A DNA stretch of 45,548 nucleotides, taken from NCBI GenBank assembly GCA_963726245.1, contig CAVSBT010000003.1:1-45548 (forward strand), read 5' to 3'. The notes under the pieces are model-generated. The model was given only the letters and a program-made list of their open reading frames with translations, was not told the origin of the DNA and did no database searches. Both the position numbers and the translations under genes were made by a program. This document shows, one piece after another, positions 21,465 to 32,370 of this stretch. Source of the stretch: an uncultured Chloroflexia bacterium (lineage in GTDB: Bacteria > Chloroflexota > Dehalococcoidia > DSTF01 > JALHUB01). Within the stretch, counting starts at the first letter, position 1; every line of letters begins with the position of its first letter.

Positions 21465-24222
21465 ATGAGTACGGATCAGCGCGTCAGGCATGGCGAGAAG
21501 GCGCTAAAGGAATACGAGAAGAAGCGTGACTTCGAGCAGACGACCGAGCCGCCCCCGAAGGGGCGCCGGCCGGTCAAAGGCTCGCTCACCTTCGTCGTGC
21601 AGAAGCACGACGCTCGCCGCTTGCACTATGACTTTCGCCTCGAGGTGGACGGCGTCCTGAAGTCGTGGGCGGTGCCCAAAGGGCCCTCCTACGACCCCCA
21701 AGACAAGCGCCTGGCCGTCATGGTGGAGGACCACCCCCTGGACTACGCCTCCTTCGAAGGAGTCATACCGGACGGCCAGTACGGCGCCGGCCCGGTCATC
21801 GTCTGGGACCAGGGCACCTACTCCCCGGACGAGGACGGCCGCCTCTCCTTCGGCCGCCGGGCCGAGGCCAACGCACGAATGCAGGCCGGGCTCGCTCAGG
21901 GCAAGCTTTCCGTGTTCCTGCGGGGCCGGAAGCTGAAGGGCTCCTGGACGCTGGTGCGAACCGCCCGGTCGCCCAAGGACTGGCTCCTCATCAAGCACCG
22001 GGACGAGTACGCGGGTCACCCGCCGCCCGGCTTCGAAGAGGAGAGGTCGGTGGTCTCCGGACACACGCTCGAACGGGCTGGCTCCGCCCATCTTCCGCAG
22101 GCCGCGGACGTAGGACGGGAGGCGCCCTACCCCGACCGACCTGGAACCCATGCTGGCGACGCTCATCCAGCGGCCCTTCGACGATTGCGAGTGGCTCTTC
22201 GAGCTCAAGCTCGACGGCGTACGGGCCCTGGCCTTCATTCGAGGCGGCCGGGCGGATCTGCGCAGCCGTCGCGGCGGCCTCATTACGCAGCAGTACCCCA
22301 CTATCGTCGCCGAGCTGGCCGGGCAGCGAGAGGCGCAGATGGTCCTGGACGGGGAGATCGTCGCTCTGGACGAGCACGGCGTCCCCAGCTTCGAGCTGCT
22401 CCAGCAGCGCATCCACCTGACCCGCCCGGAGGAGATCGCCTGGCTCGACCGCCAGATGACGACGGTCTACTACGTGTTCGACCTGCTCTACCTGAACGGC
22501 CGCGATCTGAAGGGGTTGCCTCTCAGTCAGCGCAAGGCCCTCCTCTGGCAGGCCCTGGACCAGTCGCCGCACGTGCGCTACCTGGACCACATCGAAAGCG
22601 AGGGCGAGGAGTTCTTCCGCGCGGCCGCCGCCCTTGGTGTCGAGGGGATCGTCGCCAAGCGCAAGGCCGGAACGTATCAGCCGGGCGTTCGTTCGCGCGA
22701 CTGGCTCAAGGTCAAGAGCACCCAGGGCCAGGAGTTCGTGGTGGGAGGCTACACGGTGGGCAATGGCGCTCGCCGGAGCAGCTTCGGCGCCCTCCTCCTC
22801 GGCTACTACGACGGCGATCGCCTCGTGTACGCCGGCAACGTCGGCACGGGCTTCACCGAACGCAGCGTGGCCGACATGATGGAGCGCCTGCGCCCCCTCG
22901 AAGTCGCGGAATGCCCTTTCGCGGAGGCGCCGCCTAAGGGGCCTGCGCCCTTCCGCTGGGTGCGGCCGGAGCTTGTGGCAGAGGTGAAGTTCTCGCAGTG
23001 GACGCGGGAGGGCAGGCTCCGGGCACCCGTCTTCCTGGGCCTGCGCGAGGACATTGACCCCCGCCAGGTCAGGCGGGAGACGCCCGAACCCAACATCGCG
23101 GTCAGAGGCGGCGATAGTCCTCAAGGTATGCCACCGGCCTTGGACGCGGTGCTGGCCCAGCTCGACAACGAGCGCGACACGCTCACTTTGAAGGTTTCTT
23201 CCCACACCCTCAAGCTCACCAACCTGAACAAGGAGCTCTGGCCCGCCACCCACGGCCATCGTGCCTACACCAAGCGCGACATGATTCTCTACTACGCCCG
23301 GGTATCGCCGTACATCCTCCCGCACCTGCGAGACCGTCCGCTTACGCTCACCCGCTATCCCAGCGGCATCGACAAGCCTTCCTTCTTCCAGAAGCACTGG
23401 GATGCGCCGCTCCCGCCCTTCGTGGAGACGGTGAGGCTCTTCTCCTCGCACAACGAGTCCGACATGGAGTATGTCCTGGTGAACAACCTGGAGACACTGC
23501 TGTGGCTGGCCCAGCTAGCCGACGTAGAGCTCCATGTCTGGCTGTCGCGCATCGACCCGAATCCCGACGCTGCCCACCTGCCGCTTGCCTTCACCGGCTC
23601 GAAGGAGGCCGTGGAGGCCAGCGTCCTCAACTACCCCGACTTCCTGGCGTTCGACCTCGACCCCTACATCTACTCGGGCCGCGAGAAGCCGGGAGAGGAG
23701 CCGGAACTGAACCGTCGCGCCTTCGCCAAGGTCGTCGCGGTGGCCCGGCACCTGCGGGAACTGCTGGAGGGAGCGTCCCTCAGGCCCTACCTGAAGACCT
23801 CCGGCAAGACGGGCCTCCACGTCTACGTGCCCATACTCCGCCAGCACGACTATGACACGACCCGCAAGGTCTGCGAGACCATCGGCAAGTTCCTGGTCCG
23901 CTCTCTGCCCGCCGACGTCACCATCCAGTGGGCCGTGAGCAAGCGAACCGGGAAGATCTTCTTCGACTACAATCAGAACGTGCGCGGCAAGACGACTGTC
24001 GCTCCCTATTCGCTCCGTCCCGCGCCCCAGGCCACCGTTTCCACGCCCATCGCCTGGGAGGAGCTCGGACGGATCTACCCCACCGACCTCACTATCGAGA
24101 ATGTGCCCGCGCGCCTGGAGAAGGTCGGCGACCTCTGGTCCGACATCCTGGAGTCGAAGCACGACCTCCGGGCGCTGCTGGAGGGAGAGAGCGCCAGCGA
24201 CGGCGCCCCCGGTCAGGGTTGA
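21465..24222 (+). CDS. ligD: Multifunctional NHEJ LigD: 3'-phosphoesterase, ligase and polymerase domains (frameshift near 22135)
   Basis: PE: FVVQKHDARRLHYDFRLE, SWAVPKGP. LIG: ELKLDGVR, EGIVAK, WLKVK. POL: RYPSGI, FDLDP, KTSGKTGLH, DYNQN. Confidence 0.93.
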
Positions 24223-24293
24223 CAGCGTTTCGATAGCGGGGGAAGCTATAAGTAAGGCCCGTTGGCGGCCGGGCCACCGCTGGAGGGAGAGAA

Positions 24294-25115
24294 ATGCCCA
24301 GGTCAATATGGAAGGGCGCTGTGAGTTTTGGGATGGTCAGCATCCCCATCAAGCTCTACACCGCCACCGAGAGCAAGGACGTCAGCTTCCACCTGTTGCA
24401 CAGCAAGTGTCACACTCGCATCAAGCAGCAGCGCTACTGCCCCGCGTGCGACGAGGTCGTGGAATGGAACGACGTGGTGCGGGGCTACGAATACGGCCCC
24501 GACCAGCACGTCATCATGGAGGACGGCGACTTCGAGAAGGTGCCCGTGCCCAGCGCACGGGTCGTCGAGATAGTCCAGTTCGTGGACCTGGACCAGGTGG
24601 ACCCCATCCACTACGACCGGAGCTACTACCTGGAGCCGGACCAGGCCGGCGCCAAGCCTTTCGCCCTGTTGCGGGAGACGCTGCGGCGCACCGGCCGCGT
24701 AGCCGTCGCGAAGGTCAGCCTCCGCCAGAAGGAGCAGCTCTCCATCCTGCGCCCCTACGCGGATACGCTCGCCCTGGAGACGATGTACTATCCCGATGAG
24801 ATCCGTTCGACCGCCGAGCTGGCGATCCCCGGCGATGAGACGTCGCTCTCCGACCGCGAGCTGGACATGGCGCGCTCACTGGTCGACATGCTGTCCGGCG
24901 AGTTCGATCCCTCACAGTACCAGGATGAGTACCGCCTGGCGCTGCTGGACATAATCGAGAAGAAGGCCGCGGGCCAGGAGGTGGCGCGGCCCCAGCCGGT
25001 GGCCGGCAAGGTGACGGACCTCATGGAGGCCCTCCGCGCCAGCGTCGAGGCGGCGAAGAAGGAGAGGGCCGCGGAGCGCGCTCAGAGGCCGGCGTCACGC
25101 CGCGCGGCCGGATGA
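24294..25115 (+). CDS. ku: Ku DNA end-binding protein
   Basis: RSIWKGAVSFGMVSIPIKLY, YDRSYYL, YYPDEIR, DLMEALRASV. Confidence 0.96.
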   Translation: MPRSIWKGAVSFGMVSIPIKLYTATESKDVSFHLLHSKCHTRIKQQRYCPACDEVVEWNDVVRGYEYGPDQHVIMEDGDFEKVPVPSARVVEIVQFVDLDQVDPIHYDRSYYLEPDQAGAKPFALLRETLRRTGRVAVAKVSLRQKEQLSILRPYADTLALETMYYPDEIRSTAELAIPGDETSLSDRELDMARSLVDMLSGEFDPSQYQDEYRLALLDIIEKKAAGQEVARPQPVAGKVTDLMEALRASVEAAKKERAAERAQRPASRRAAG

Positions 25116-26161
25116 GCTCGGCGGCGTCCGCGCAGGTTGCCGGTCTACGCCCTCGACCGGAGCCAATGCCGTCGAATCTAAGGCCGATGCTGCCGACTCT
25201 GGCTCCGGAGCCCTTCGACTCTCCCGATCACCTGTTCGAGCTGAAGTGGGGCGGCGTGCGAGCCCTGGCCTACGTCCAACGCAGCAATCTCCGCCTTCAG
25301 GCCCGCAACCTGCGCGACCTCAGCCCGCTCTATCCCGAGCTGGCCGGCCTGCCTCATCAACTCCGGGCGCGAAGCGCTCTCCTGGACGGCGAGATCGTCG
25401 CCCTGGGGCCCGAGGGATACCCTGACTTCAGCCTTCAACGTTCGCGCCTCGCGTCCTGCCTGCTGAAGCCCTCGGCGAAACGTCCGGCGGCGGCCGAGAT
25501 CTCCTACCAGGCGTTTGACGTCCTCTTCCTGGACGGACGCTCCTTGCTCAACCGCCCGCTCGCCGAGCGCAAGTCGATCCTCCGCGATGTCCTCGAGCCG
25601 AGCCAGACCACCCAGGTCTGTGACTTCATCGAGGACGACGGCATAGCCTTCTTCGAGGCGGCGGTGGAGCACAAGCTGGAGGGCATCGTTGCCAAGGAGA
25701 AGAGCAGCCATTACTTCCCGGCCCGCCGTTCGACGGCCTGGCTGGAGGTGCGCGCCCTTCAGGGCGGCGAGTTCGTCATCGGAGGCTACACCTTCGGGGG
25801 CGGTCGCCGCCGCGACCCCTTCCAGGGCCTGCTGCTAGGAGCCTATCGTGGCGGACGGCTGCACTACGTGGGGCAGGTGAGCGGTGGATACTCGGACGAG
25901 GAGGCCGCGGGCTTGGTCGACCTGCTCTCGAAGATGCACGTGGCCCGCTGCCCATTCGTGGAGCCGCCTGCCATCCAGCGCTTCATCTTCTGGGTGAAGC
26001 CCCAAGTTGTCTGCCAGGTACGCTTCAGCCATTGGAGCCCCCAGGGACGCCTGCGCTTCCCCGTCTTCGCCGGCCTGCGGACAGACGTCTCGCCCCAGGA
26101 CTGCTTCGCGGAGCAAGCACCGCCTCCTCCGCCTCGACCGCGGAGAGGCCCTCTCTCCTAG
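25112..26161 (+). CDS. ATP-dependent DNA ligase (LigC/LigD-ligase-like) with altered motifs I and V
   Basis: RPML, FELKWGGVR, LDGEIV, AFDVL, EGIVAK and an OB-fold ending GRLRFP. Confidence 0.85.
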   Translation: MSSAASAQVAGLRPRPEPMPSNLRPMLPTLAPEPFDSPDHLFELKWGGVRALAYVQRSNLRLQARNLRDLSPLYPELAGLPHQLRARSALLDGEIVALGPEGYPDFSLQRSRLASCLLKPSAKRPAAAEISYQAFDVLFLDGRSLLNRPLAERKSILRDVLEPSQTTQVCDFIEDDGIAFFEAAVEHKLEGIVAKEKSSHYFPARRSTAWLEVRALQGGEFVIGGYTFGGGRRRDPFQGLLLGAYRGGRLHYVGQVSGGYSDEEAAGLVDLLSKMHVARCPFVEPPAIQRFIFWVKPQVVCQVRFSHWSPQGRLRFPVFAGLRTDVSPQDCFAEQAPPPPPRPRRGPLS

Positions 26162-26165
26162 TCCG

Positions 26166-27083
26166 ATGGCGGGCCGCATCTACATCGGCACCTCTTCGTG
26201 GACCGACAAGGAGCTCGTCGATTCGGGTCGCTTCTACCCGCCCGAGGTGAAGGACTCCGAGAGCCGCCTCAACTACTACGCCGAGCGCTTCAACCTGGTG
26301 GAGGTGGACAGCACCTACTACGCCCTGCCCTCCACCCGCCGGTCGGAGCTATGGGCCGGGCGCACGCCTGAGGGCTTCCTGTTCAACGTCAAGGCCTTCG
26401 CCCTCTTCACAGCCCACCCAACGCCGCTCAGCTCCATCCCCAAGAGCTTCCACGAGCGGCTGCCGCCGGAGTTGCTCAAGAAGGCGCGCGTCTACTCCAA
26501 AGACGTGCCGGCGGACGTACGGACCGAGCTGTGGACCATCTTCCGCAACGCCCTCAGCCCCTTGCACCGCAGCGGGCGTTTGGGCGCCATACTGTTCGAT
26601 CTGCCGCCCTGGGCGCCGCCTTCCGAGGCAAGCCGCAGCCAGATCCTGGAGGCGGCGGAGCACCTGCCCGACTACCGGATCGTCGTGGAGTTCCGCTCGC
26701 CCGCCTGGGTGAACGACGAGCACCGCGACGACACATTCGCCTTCCTGCGAGAGCACGGCCTGGGCTTCGTCTGCGTCGACGAGCCTCCCGGCTTGAAGAG
26801 CAGCTTCCCGCCTCTGGCGGAGGTGACCTCCCCTACGGCGGTGGTGCGCTTCCGGGGCCGCAAGGCCGATACATGGGAGAGGCGCGGCGTCAGCGCTGCG
26901 GAGCGGCTGGACTGGCTGTATTCCGACGATGAGCTACGAGAATGGCTGCCGCGCATCGAGAGGCTGGCTGGCGAGGCTGAGCAGGTGCACCTCGTGTTCA
27001 ACACCAAGGCCGGAGATCAGGGTGTCCAGAACGCGATGCGGCTGAGAAGGTTGCTGGGCTTGCCCCAAGCCGCCGCTGAGTGA
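26166..27083 (+). CDS. DUF72 (YecE-like) TIM-barrel protein
   Basis: IYIGTSSW, FNLVEVDSTYY, F.VKA..FT, VEFR, VRFRGR and FN motifs. Confidence 0.88.
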   Translation: MAGRIYIGTSSWTDKELVDSGRFYPPEVKDSESRLNYYAERFNLVEVDSTYYALPSTRRSELWAGRTPEGFLFNVKAFALFTAHPTPLSSIPKSFHERLPPELLKKARVYSKDVPADVRTELWTIFRNALSPLHRSGRLGAILFDLPPWAPPSEASRSQILEAAEHLPDYRIVVEFRSPAWVNDEHRDDTFAFLREHGLGFVCVDEPPGLKSSFPPLAEVTSPTAVVRFRGRKADTWERRGVSAAERLDWLYSDDELREWLPRIERLAGEAEQVHLVFNTKAGDQGVQNAMRLRRLLGLPQAAAE

Positions 27084-27117
27084 ATACTAACGCCGCTACC
27101 AAGGAGACGGCGTACTC

Positions 27118-27690
27118 GTGCGTACCCTCATAGTCGTCCCTATCGTCCACAGCCGCGAAGACATGGGTAGCCTCACCCCAGAGAGCCCGCGCGGGCCGGC
27201 CGAAGCCGGTCGCCTGGGTGCCGCCTTCTGGTCGGCAACGAGGCAAGCTGTCGAGCAACTTGAGCAGGACTGGAGCGGCGTGAACGTCTACCAGGACGGC
27301 CTGCCCGACAGCCTCCCGGCCCTGGTGGACAAGGTGGTTTCGATGGGGCCGGGGCAGAACTACGAGCTGCTCCGCTGGCTAATTGAGCGCGGCGCAACCG
27401 TTCTCGGCACAGAGGACCCCAGTCTGCTGCTGGAGGAGCACAGGCTGTTGAAGGCGATAAACGATGCGCCGGGTCAGGCCGGGGGCAAGGCGAGAGCAGA
27501 GTACGCCAGGCGGGCGCCCGCCCTCCTCAGGGAGCGCGACGGTCACATCGCGCGGCGGATCGATGCTACCCTCGGTCAGGGCCAGACGGGTGTCCTGTTT
27601 ATCGGCACCGCTCACCAGGTCGAGAAGAAGCTGCCCCGCGACATCGTGGTGCGCCGCTTCGACACCTATCCCGCGAAGGCCACGCCCTAA
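27118..27690 (+). CDS. Hypothetical protein
   Basis: aaggag RBS and GC-typical codon use. Motif-like strings VPIVHS..DMGSL, VYQDGLP, GTED, RD..IA.RI, LFIG..H. Confidence 0.7.
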   Translation: MRTLIVVPIVHSREDMGSLTPESPRGPAEAGRLGAAFWSATRQAVEQLEQDWSGVNVYQDGLPDSLPALVDKVVSMGPGQNYELLRWLIERGATVLGTEDPSLLLEEHRLLKAINDAPGQAGGKARAEYARRAPALLRERDGHIARRIDATLGQGQTGVLFIGTAHQVEKKLPRDIVVRRFDTYPAKATP

Positions 27691-28514
27691 CCCACTCTCG
27701 AGATGGTGACGGTGATAACGCCCGCGCTTGGGTCCGCAAGCTGGCCGAAGGCGGCGTACGAGAGGTCTATGGCGTGGCTGAAGGCACCGCGATCGCGTAC
27801 CCGCACCTCGATGCAGCGTTCCTGGTAACAGACCCGCAGCCGGGTACCCAGAGGCCAGGCGTTCGCCGCCGCTATCGTGGGGTCATTCGGGTCGAAGGGA
27901 GCCCCGTCCGCCATCGTGTCCTCCGGGCCATAGCCGTCGTCGCCGCCGTACCAGGTGGCCAGGCCCGTCTCCACGCCATCAGGCGCACTGGGAGCCACCG
28001 GGACGCGGGCGGCTGCTACCGGCGGCGGCGCCGGCGCAGGCGGGTTCGGTGATGGCGCCGGCAGAGGTGGCGCCGGCGGTGGACTGGTGGGCGGCGCCAG
28101 GGGACTCGCATAGATCGGCTGAGCGGGAGGGGGAGCGACGGAATGTGAAGGGTCCGGCCAATGCTGGGAGGCCGGGGGCCACTCGAGGGCCACTACCTCC
28201 GAAATCCGTTCTTGTAGGAGACTGACTTCGCCGCCGTCATCGGGCCTGGTGCCTGAGGCTGCCGGCGTCGCCGCCCTCGCCGGCTTCCCGATCCCGGGAC
28301 CGGCGGCCGCGGCGAGTAGTCCCGACGCCAGGACCACCAGGGTGACGACCGCGACCGGTCGCCAATGCCGGACCGCGAATCGAAGAACCAGACGGATCAG
28401 TCTTCGACTGAGGGGCGTGGCCCGCCAGGGTGGCGACACGGCGCCGTGCCTGCGGGTGCCTCGTGTGTGGTGTCCTTCCCGACTGTCCCCAGTCCAGCTC
28501 GCGGCCGCTACCAA
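27687..28514 (-). CDS. RlpA-like double-psi beta-barrel protein with membrane anchor and Pro-rich linker
   Basis: GLATWYG, WPLGTRLRV, VRVRDRG, IDLSYAAF. Exact start codon uncertain. Confidence 0.8.
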   Translation of the reverse strand: MVAAASWTGDSREGHHTRGTRRHGAVSPPWRATPLSRRLIRLVLRFAVRHWRPVAVVTLVVLASGLLAAAAGPGIGKPARAATPAASGTRPDDGGEVSLLQERISEVVALEWPPASQHWPDPSHSVAPPPAQPIYASPLAPPTSPPPAPPLPAPSPNPPAPAPPPVAAARVPVAPSAPDGVETGLATWYGGDDGYGPEDTMADGAPFDPNDPTIAAANAWPLGTRLRVCYQERCIEVRVRDRGAFSHAIDLSYAAFGQLADPSAGVITVTISRVG

Positions 28515-29016
28515 CGCGACCGCTAAGCAGGCGAGAGGTAGCCATTTCGCAACGCCGGGGCGTTTCAGCCGGTGTCTAGCGTACCTCAGACGCTAAGGGC
28601 CGCCTTAGTAAGAGGTTCCCTCAAAATCACTTAACTCCTCCCACAAGAGGGAAAGGCGCCGGCCTCCATCAACGGAAAACAAGGTCAGAACCCTGTGGCC
28701 GGCACACGAGGATGATTCTCTCCTACGGCCGTAGTAGCGCCAATCAGGGTTGTCACCGCCATGTCGGCGCCAATACCCCTAATGATGTGCATTGAAACCC
28801 TACCGCGAAGCTATCTGGGTGTTGCTCGGAACGAAGGCCGGCCTGAGACGGAGCGCTGGCCGTCCCGGAGCTGCCGTGCGGCGGGATTCACCAGAGTCGT
28901 GGTCACGTCCGGACAGGGGCGAAGGCCGGGTTGGGCCGGAGATTGACAAAGATAGGGGAACTGTGGATATCAGGGCGGCGCGGGCGGTCCGTACACTGGC
29001 TGGAGCGTGTGAGAGC

Positions 29017-31195
29017 GTGGCACAGCCGAGCGAAACACCGAAGATAACCCTGCGCGTCGCGGAAGCCCACATGAAAGACGTGGGCCGCGGCATCGCCCGC
29101 ATCGACCCCCAGGACCTCGAGGCCCTCGGCGCCGAGATCGGGGACATCGTCGCGCTCACCGGCAAGCGGCAGAGCGTGGCGAAAGCGATGCCGGCCTACC
29201 TCTCGGAACGGGGCCGGCGCATCGTCCAGATCGACGGCATCGTCAGGGAAAACGTCCAGGCCGGTCTGGACGAGACCGTGACCGTCTTCAAGGTCGCCTA
29301 TGAGACGGCCCGGTCGGTTTCGCTGGCGCCGTTGAACCCCATGCGGTCGCGGCCCGGCACGCAGCAGACCAGCTACATCGCCCGCCTGCTGGAGGGGCGC
29401 GGCCTCACGGAAGGCGACAGCGTGCGGGTCAACCTCTTCGGCACCCGCGCCCTTGACTTCAAGGTCGTGTCAACGACTCCCAAGGGCCCGGTGGTCGTCC
29501 AGGCATCGACAGCCATCCGCATCGAGGGCGAGGGTGGCGCGCCAAAGGAGGCCGCGGTCTCCTACGAGGATGTCGGAGGCCTGGCCAAAGAGCTGCCCCG
29601 CATCCGAGAGATGATCGAGTTGCCCCTCAAGTATCCGGAGGTCTTCGACCGCCTGGGCATCGATGCGCCGAAGGGCGTCCTCCTGCATGGGCCGCCGGGC
29701 TGCGGGAAGACGCTCATCGCCCGCGCCGTCGCCAATGAGACGGCCGCCAGCTTCTACCACATAGCCGGGCCCGAGATAATCCACAAGTTCTACGGTGAAA
29801 GCGAGGCGCACCTGCGAAACATCTTCCAGGAGGCTTCCGAGCACGCGCCCGCCATCATCTTCCTGGACGAGATCGATGCCATCGCACCGAAGCGGGAGGA
29901 AGTGCACGGCGAGGTGGAGAAGCGGGTGGTAGCCCAGCTCCTGGCCCTCATGGACGGCCTGAAGTCCCGCGGCGAGGTCATCGTCATCGGCGCCACCAAC
30001 ATCCCGAACTCGCTCGACCCGGCGCTGCGCCGCCCCGGCCGCTTCGACCGCGAGATCGCCATCAGCATCCCGGACAAGTACGGGCGGCTGGAGATCCTCC
30101 ACATCCACACCCGCGGCATGCCCCTGGCCGAGGACGTGGACCTGGAGCGTCTGTCGCAGATAACGCACGGCTTCGTCGGCGCCGACCTGGAGGCGCTCTG
30201 CCGTGAGGCGGCGATGATCGCCCTCCGCCGGATCATGCCCAACATCGACTTCGCAGACGCCAACATTCCCCTCGAGAGGCTCCTGGAGCTCGTGGTCACG
30301 CAGCAGGACTTCCTGGAGGCCCTCAGGGACGTGGAGCCTTCCGCCATCCGCGAGGTCTTCACCGAGATACCGGACGTCAAGTGGGACGACGTGGGCGGTC
30401 TGGAAGAAGCCAAGGAGACCCTGCGGGAGAGCGTCGAATGGCCGCTGAACTACGGCAAGCTCTTCGAGTACGCTAAGACCAGGCCGACAAAGGGCATACT
30501 CCTCCACGGGCCTCCCGGCACAGGCAAGACCCTCCTCGCCAAGGCCGTTGCCAACGAGAGCGGCGTAAACTTCATCACGGTGAAGGGCCCGGCACTCATC
30601 TCCAAGTGGATGGGGGAAAGTGAGAAGGGGATTCGGGAGGTCTTCAAGAAGGCCAAGCAGACCGCGCCCTGCATCGTCTTCTTCGATGAGATTGATTCGC
30701 TGGCGCCCGTGCGAGGCGCCGGCACGGGCGACTCTCACGTCATCGAGCGGGTGGTGAGCCAGCTCCTCACGGAGATGGACGGCATCGAGGAGCTCAAGGG
30801 GGTCGTCATCCTGGCCGCCACGAACCGGGTGGACATCGTCGACCCGGCGCTCCTGCGCCCCGGCCGCTTCGATCATGTCCATTGAGCTGCCCAGGCCGGA
30901 CGAGGCAGCCCGCCGCACAATCTTCCGGATCCACACGGCCGGCAAGCCGCTGGCCAAGGGCGTTGACGTGGACGCCCTGGCCGCTGAGACCGAAGGCCTG
31001 GTGGGCGCCGACATCGAGGCTATCTGCCGCCGGGCCTCCATGCTGGCGATCAGGGAGTTCCTTGAGTCCCAGCGCAAGGCGAAGTCGAAGCCAGCAGAGG
31101 CGGCCGGGGACTACAGCGGCTTCAAAATCACCAGCCGGCATCTCCGCCAGGCGACAGTCGAGGTGTCAAGGACGCCCAGGGATTGGGCTTTGTAG
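29017..31195 (+). CDS. CDC48/p97/VAT-family double-ring AAA+ ATPase (frameshift near 30878)
   Basis: N-domain [11 protein letters not shown]1 [23 protein letters not shown]2 [20 protein letters not shown]. The tail continues in ORF 30875-31195. Confidence 0.93.
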
Positions 31196-31214
31196 ACGGC
31201 GGCGGGCTTGTGGG

Positions 31215-31649
31215 CTAGGCCACCTTGGGGAACTGAGCCTCGAAGACCCTGTCGTGGACGCTGACCTTCGGGGCGGAGGTCGCCGGGACGAGGAAGTTCT
31301 CGTAGTAATACCAGCCGGGCGCCGCGTACTCCACCTCGAGCACGTCGCCGGTCAGCTCCCATCGCAGGTCAGAGGCCGAGATGCCCTCCGGGAAGGTCAC
31401 GCGCACCAGGCACTCGGTCGCGGTCTCCATGATCTCGCAGGTCGAGGCGCCCAATCGACGCGGCGGGATCAGGATGTCTCCGTCCCGAGCCCGCGAGAGG
31501 AACTTCGGGCGCTGCTCAACCCTCTGGGGTCGGTACGTGGCCCCGCCGACGCCGCCGGTCGGTCGCTTGGTCGTGATCGTGTGAGGCGGAATGCTTCGCA
31601 GTGACAGCTCTCTGCTTTCCTTTCTTCGCCGGTCGCTTCCGGCTTCCAC
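31215..31649 (-). CDS. Small protein with a degenerate alpha-crystallin (Hsp20/GvpH-like) C-terminal domain
   Basis: EIMETATECLVRVTFPEGISASDLRWELTGDVLEV..YENFLVP..SVHDRVFEAQF parallels the Hsp20 beta-sandwich of 35254-35814. Confidence 0.5.
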   Translation of the reverse strand: MEAGSDRRRKESRELSLRSIPPHTITTKRPTGGVGGATYRPQRVEQRPKFLSRARDGDILIPPRRLGASTCEIMETATECLVRVTFPEGISASDLRWELTGDVLEVEYAAPGWYYYENFLVPATSAPKVSVHDRVFEAQFPKVA

Positions 31650-31866
31650 GTAGCGATGGTATATGAGGAAAGCCGCTCTCTCAAGGACCCTGAGGCGGAC
31701 CTGGGCTCGCAGACGCCGGTTCTTCTATCTCTAGAAACGCTGGGCGTCCGCCAGAATAACATGGCGACGCCACGTTACCTCTAACGGCCTATCGCCCGCA
31801 GAAGTAGCCAGCTTCCAGGCCAGAAGACGCCTTCAGGTTCTTGCCGTGGACTCGTGGCTTAGGGCC

Positions 31867-32000
31867 GTAAGGACAGAGCTTCAGCTCTGTCCGTCTCTCT
31901 CGTTCCCTTGCGGACGGAGCTTCCGCCTCCGCCAGCGGCGAATCCGCCGCCTCTGGCGGAAGAGGCGGACCCGCCTTCGGCGGGAAAGCTCCGTCCTTAC
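31867..32000. repeat. REPIN-like element with nested palindromic inserts
   Basis: gtaaggacagagcttcagctctgtcc ... ggacggagctt[nested ccgcc/ggcgg hairpins]aagctccgtccttac. Confidence 0.7.
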
Positions 32001-32370
32001 GTCGCGGATGGCTGCCCAGGCAGCCGCCTCTCCCCATCAGACGATTCACAATCTGTCCACCGGCCGATGCGCAAGCTCCTGGCCAGCGTCGAACACAGAA
32101 TTGAGAGGTGGAGCGAGGCGGCGATGTCCCGTCTGAGCCGCGCCCCGGACCTATCGGGAGCAGGGGTCGGCTTAATAGGGGGCAGCGCCGATAGGACCGC
32201 CCGACGGCCCGCTCTAGACTTTCTACAGCAGGAGAGGGCGACCCTGCGTATGAGCGAGATTTCCCCGGTTTGTTACGGCGTCAACAGGTGCGGGCATGGA
32301 AATAATGGAGCCGTTTCCCCGCCGCGCCTCTGGCACTAGCCCTTCAAGGGCAACTCTTTGACGAGAGGAG

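Noticed and set aside
24219-24252. TTGACA...TATAAG promoter upstream of ku
   Set aside because: The spacer is 22 nt, and the -35 overlaps the ligD stop codon.
24399-24450. HxxC-x9-CxxC in Ku as a novelty
   Set aside because: A Zn-ribbon-derived bridge region is already known in bacterial Ku proteins.
28515-28790. c-di-AMP or c-di-GMP riboswitch upstream of the RlpA-like gene
   Set aside because: I could not find the conserved cores by eye on either strand. cmscan would be decisive.
32331-32346. Sigma54 promoter (TGGCAC) upstream of gvpA
   Set aside because: No GC at the -12 position.
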